From assembly GCA_965223335.1 (NCBI GenBank), contig OZ244991.1, forward strand, positions 768,001 to 832,000: DNA of 64,000 bases, written 5' to 3'. The translations under genes were made by a program, and so were the position numbers. The notes beneath the pieces were generated by a model, which saw only the letters and a program-made list of their open reading frames with translations, ran no database searches and was not told the origin of the DNA. Numbering within the stretch: position 1 is the first letter of the stretch; the number at the start of each line of letters is the position of its first letter. Below are positions 63,856 through 64,000 of this stretch, piece by piece. This DNA comes from Thermodesulfobacteriota bacterium (GTDB lineage Bacteria > Desulfobacterota_D > UBA1144 > Nemesobacterales > UBA2774).

Positions 63856-64000
63856 GCAGTTTCTTCGCACATGCAAAAAAATTGTCTAAATAAATATATT
63901 CAATATATTCGGAGAATAACGATGGTTTTATACCAATATCTACGCGTTAGCTAAGAGGATTTTGTGCTAATTGCTTGTGTTTTGGATTCTATGATTAGGG

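Overview
Bacterial chromosomal window of about 48 CDSs, mostly housekeeping: trpE/trpG, rpmH-rnpA-yidD-yidC-jag, oadGAB, pncB, gltX, coaE, acyl-CoA carboxylase subunits, rsmA, thrC, thiE, leuS, typA, mnmG and a sigma-70 factor. Protein style suggests a deltaproteobacteria-like diderm, tentatively Ca. Dadabacteria (inference only). RNA features are a tRNA-Arg(CCG) that contains the stop codon of the upstream uracil-DNA glycosylase gene, and a c-di-GMP-I (GEMM-I) riboswitch ahead of an orphan gene. The most striking region follows the tRNA (about 42.7-49.4 kb) and is a tandemly duplicated three-part module. Part one is a secreted protein 'A'. Part two is a larger distant paralogue 'B' with near-identical N- and C-terminal parts, a Cys-bracketed hypervariable insert of about 255-260 aa, a Pro/Thr stalk and a Gly/Ser-Cys-TM-basic C-terminal sorting signal. 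Part three is a 56-nt perfectly conserved structured non-coding element with an anti-Shine-Dalgarno tract followed by a terminator. This looks like an undescribed cell-surface (S-layer or adhesin-like) display system with a variable tip domain and possibly its own small RNA. No integrase, transposase, CRISPR array or reverse transcriptase was seen.
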